Shown here piece by piece: positions 61,281 to 62,518 of a stretch of 62,518 nt of DNA (position 1 is the first letter of the stretch; every line of letters begins with the position of its first letter). Position numbers and translations under genes: made by a program. Origin of the DNA: an archaeon (GTDB lineage Archaea; Nanobdellota; Nanobdellia; Pacearchaeales; GW2011-AR1). The notes beneath the pieces were generated by a model. That model was given only the letters and a program-made list of their open reading frames with translations, made no database searches and was not told the origin of the DNA. The stretch covers positions 1-62,518 of the forward strand of contig JAACWB010000006.1 of assembly GCA_009992215.1 (NCBI GenBank), read 5' to 3'.

Positions 61281-61398
61281 AGGTGGTAAGAGAAAAACTT
61301 GAGAACCTCATCGCCGAAGCGAGTTGGAAGACTTGAAATCCGAAGAGACAAGCTCTTAGTCAAACAAGGTTTTTACGACAAGCGTTTCAACTTACCAA
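61281..61398 (-). ncRNA. unclassified structured ncRNA candidate (~118 nt)
   Basis: Terminal helix GGUAAG..CUUACC extends to about 18 positions. Two C(UUCG)G tetraloops on the minus strand. CTTTATATAAG lies ~30 nt upstream and a T7 run follows immediately downstream. The region is locally GC-richer. Confidence 0.5.
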
Positions 61399-61513
61399 AA
61401 TTATAATATTTTAATCTTATATAAAGTTATGTTTTCTTTAATGAATGAATACAAATCGATGTTTTTTACTATAGTGTAGATATTTTTAAAAAAGAAAAAT
61501 TTGTTTTTCGTAT

Positions 61514-62218
61514 ATGAAAAAGTTTCTGACAACGATACTTCTCAGTTCTGCCTTGGCATTTTCTCCTCTAACTAATTATTCTCAAGAAGTAAAACCGAGG
61601 GAGTATAATTATGAAATTTTTTTAGAAAATGGATTTAATTTGGGCAAGGCGAATTGTTCAAGTGAAAAAATAGATTTTAATCTTAAGGGAATACATCATT
61701 TGACTTTTGAGAAAAAAGGGAACACATATACGGAGAAATCTAAATTTTTGAAAGAAGAGGAAAAATATATTTATTCAAATTTGAGCGGGAAATGGAAATT
61801 TATTAATTTTGTTCACCCTGAAATGAATTCAAAAGAAGAAATTGAAAAAAGAAAGGATAAGTATGAGATGTTAAAAAAATCTTATTCAAAAAATATTTTA
61901 CTTGGCGTTGATATCTTTAAAGAGTTTAATAAAAAAACAATTCCTGACAGTTTGGAAATTTTAGTTTTTTCACATACTCATAAATTTGTTTTAGATAAAA
62001 TCGAAGGAGAAGACATAATTAAAGTAAGTTATAATTATGTAAATTATAAAAAATTTCCTTCGGATAAAATAAAAATTAATAGTCTTGTTTATGTTCTTTT
62101 GAAAAAAGATAAAGAGGGAAATTTTTATACAGTCGGAGGAGAAGCAAAAATAACTTATGTTGGATGGTTATTTAATTTTAATCTTAACTTAGAAATTAAG
62201 GAAGTTCAGAAGGATTAG
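61514..62218 (+). CDS. secreted hypothetical protein
   Basis: Signal peptide MKKFLTTILLSSALAFSPL. Confidence 0.55.
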   Translation: MKKFLTTILLSSALAFSPLTNYSQEVKPREYNYEIFLENGFNLGKANCSSEKIDFNLKGIHHLTFEKKGNTYTEKSKFLKEEEKYIYSNLSGKWKFINFVHPEMNSKEEIEKRKDKYEMLKKSYSKNILLGVDIFKEFNKKTIPDSLEILVFSHTHKFVLDKIEGEDIIKVSYNYVNYKKFPSDKIKINSLVYVLLKKDKEGNFYTVGGEAKITYVGWLFNFNLNLEIKEVQKD

Positions 62219-62487
62219 AATTCTCCATCTCTGAAAGGAATATTGAAATCATAAATTGAAGGAATGTGTTCTTCTTCAGTAAAATCGTATTGTAACTTTT
62301 GATAATGTTCTTCAGTCATGTTATGTTCTTTTTTGAATTTTTCTTTATTGTCATATTTTATTTTTTCTACGTACTTAAATATTATCGCTTTCATGAATGC
62401 ATTAGTTTCATTTTCGTATTCTTTTGAAATTCCAATATTTTCTAAATATTTATTTAATGGTTTTCCAATTCCAATTTTTTCATACAT
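62215..62487 (-). CDS. hypothetical protein
   Basis: ORF of 90 aa. Confidence 0.45.
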   Translation of the reverse strand: MYEKIGIGKPLNKYLENIGISKEYENETNAFMKAIIFKYVEKIKYDNKEKFKKEHNMTEEHYQKLQYDFTEEEHIPSIYDFNIPFRDGEF

Positions 62488-62518
62488 TTTACAATCGTTT
62501 AATAAAATATTTTTTATT

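Noticed and set aside
61175-61363. 62-aa minus-strand ORF.
   Set aside because: It overlaps the structured ncRNA candidate, starts with no clear RBS or promoter logic, and has a low-complexity translation.
61281-61398. Possibility that the ncRNA candidate is 5S rRNA.
   Set aside because: Its size and three-way shape are compatible. However, it lacks the conserved loop C/helix III sequence (CCGAAC..GAAGUUAAGC-like) and has an atypically long terminal helix.

Overview
The window is a visibly AT-rich archaeal chromosome fragment. Gene content and compact gene sizes suggest a DPANN-type lineage, but that lineage call is inference. Recognisable housekeeping genes include MCM, TBP, two ATP-dependent DNA ligases, L15e, MetRS, ValRS, aRF1, NAC, Sec61-beta and Rpo11. 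Also present are TFS, type IA topoisomerase, RadB, ScpB, NreA, UDG4, MBF1, signal peptidase, Fe/Mn SOD, tRNA-Ile(GAU) and tRNA-Lys(CUU). I saw no rRNA, CRISPR array, transposase or integrase.

Four things stand out.

1. A gene island at about 52.2-58.3 kb has three transcription units carrying copies of the same promoter/leader sequence. These units are a block of 10 overlapping orphan mini-ORFs, a P-loop kinase and a non-SPASM radical SAM enzyme. An NT5C-type nucleotidase, a metallophosphoesterase, a CYTH enzyme and two wHTH regulators sit next to them. This is my best candidate for an undescribed system, either nucleotide-modifying/antiviral or a domesticated mobile element.

2. A dense family of hairpin repeats has C-tract cores, so the minus strand carries G-quadruplex motifs. 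There are at least 11 copies, all in the same polarity. One copy is inserted in-frame into the small DNA ligase gene. Two others supply the stop codons of scpB and radB.

3. A second repeat family lies directly after stop codons and shows stem covariation between copies.

4. Four smaller items were also found. MCM, a radical SAM enzyme and an RPA-like OB-fold protein look like one operon. A 45-aa desulforedoxin ORF, below the ORF-track cutoff, sits next to a half-ferritin. A degenerate second tRNA-Ile copy lies near the intact one. A roughly 118-nt structured ncRNA candidate has its own TATA box and T7 terminator.

All functional calls come from motif recognition by eye. No database search was possible.
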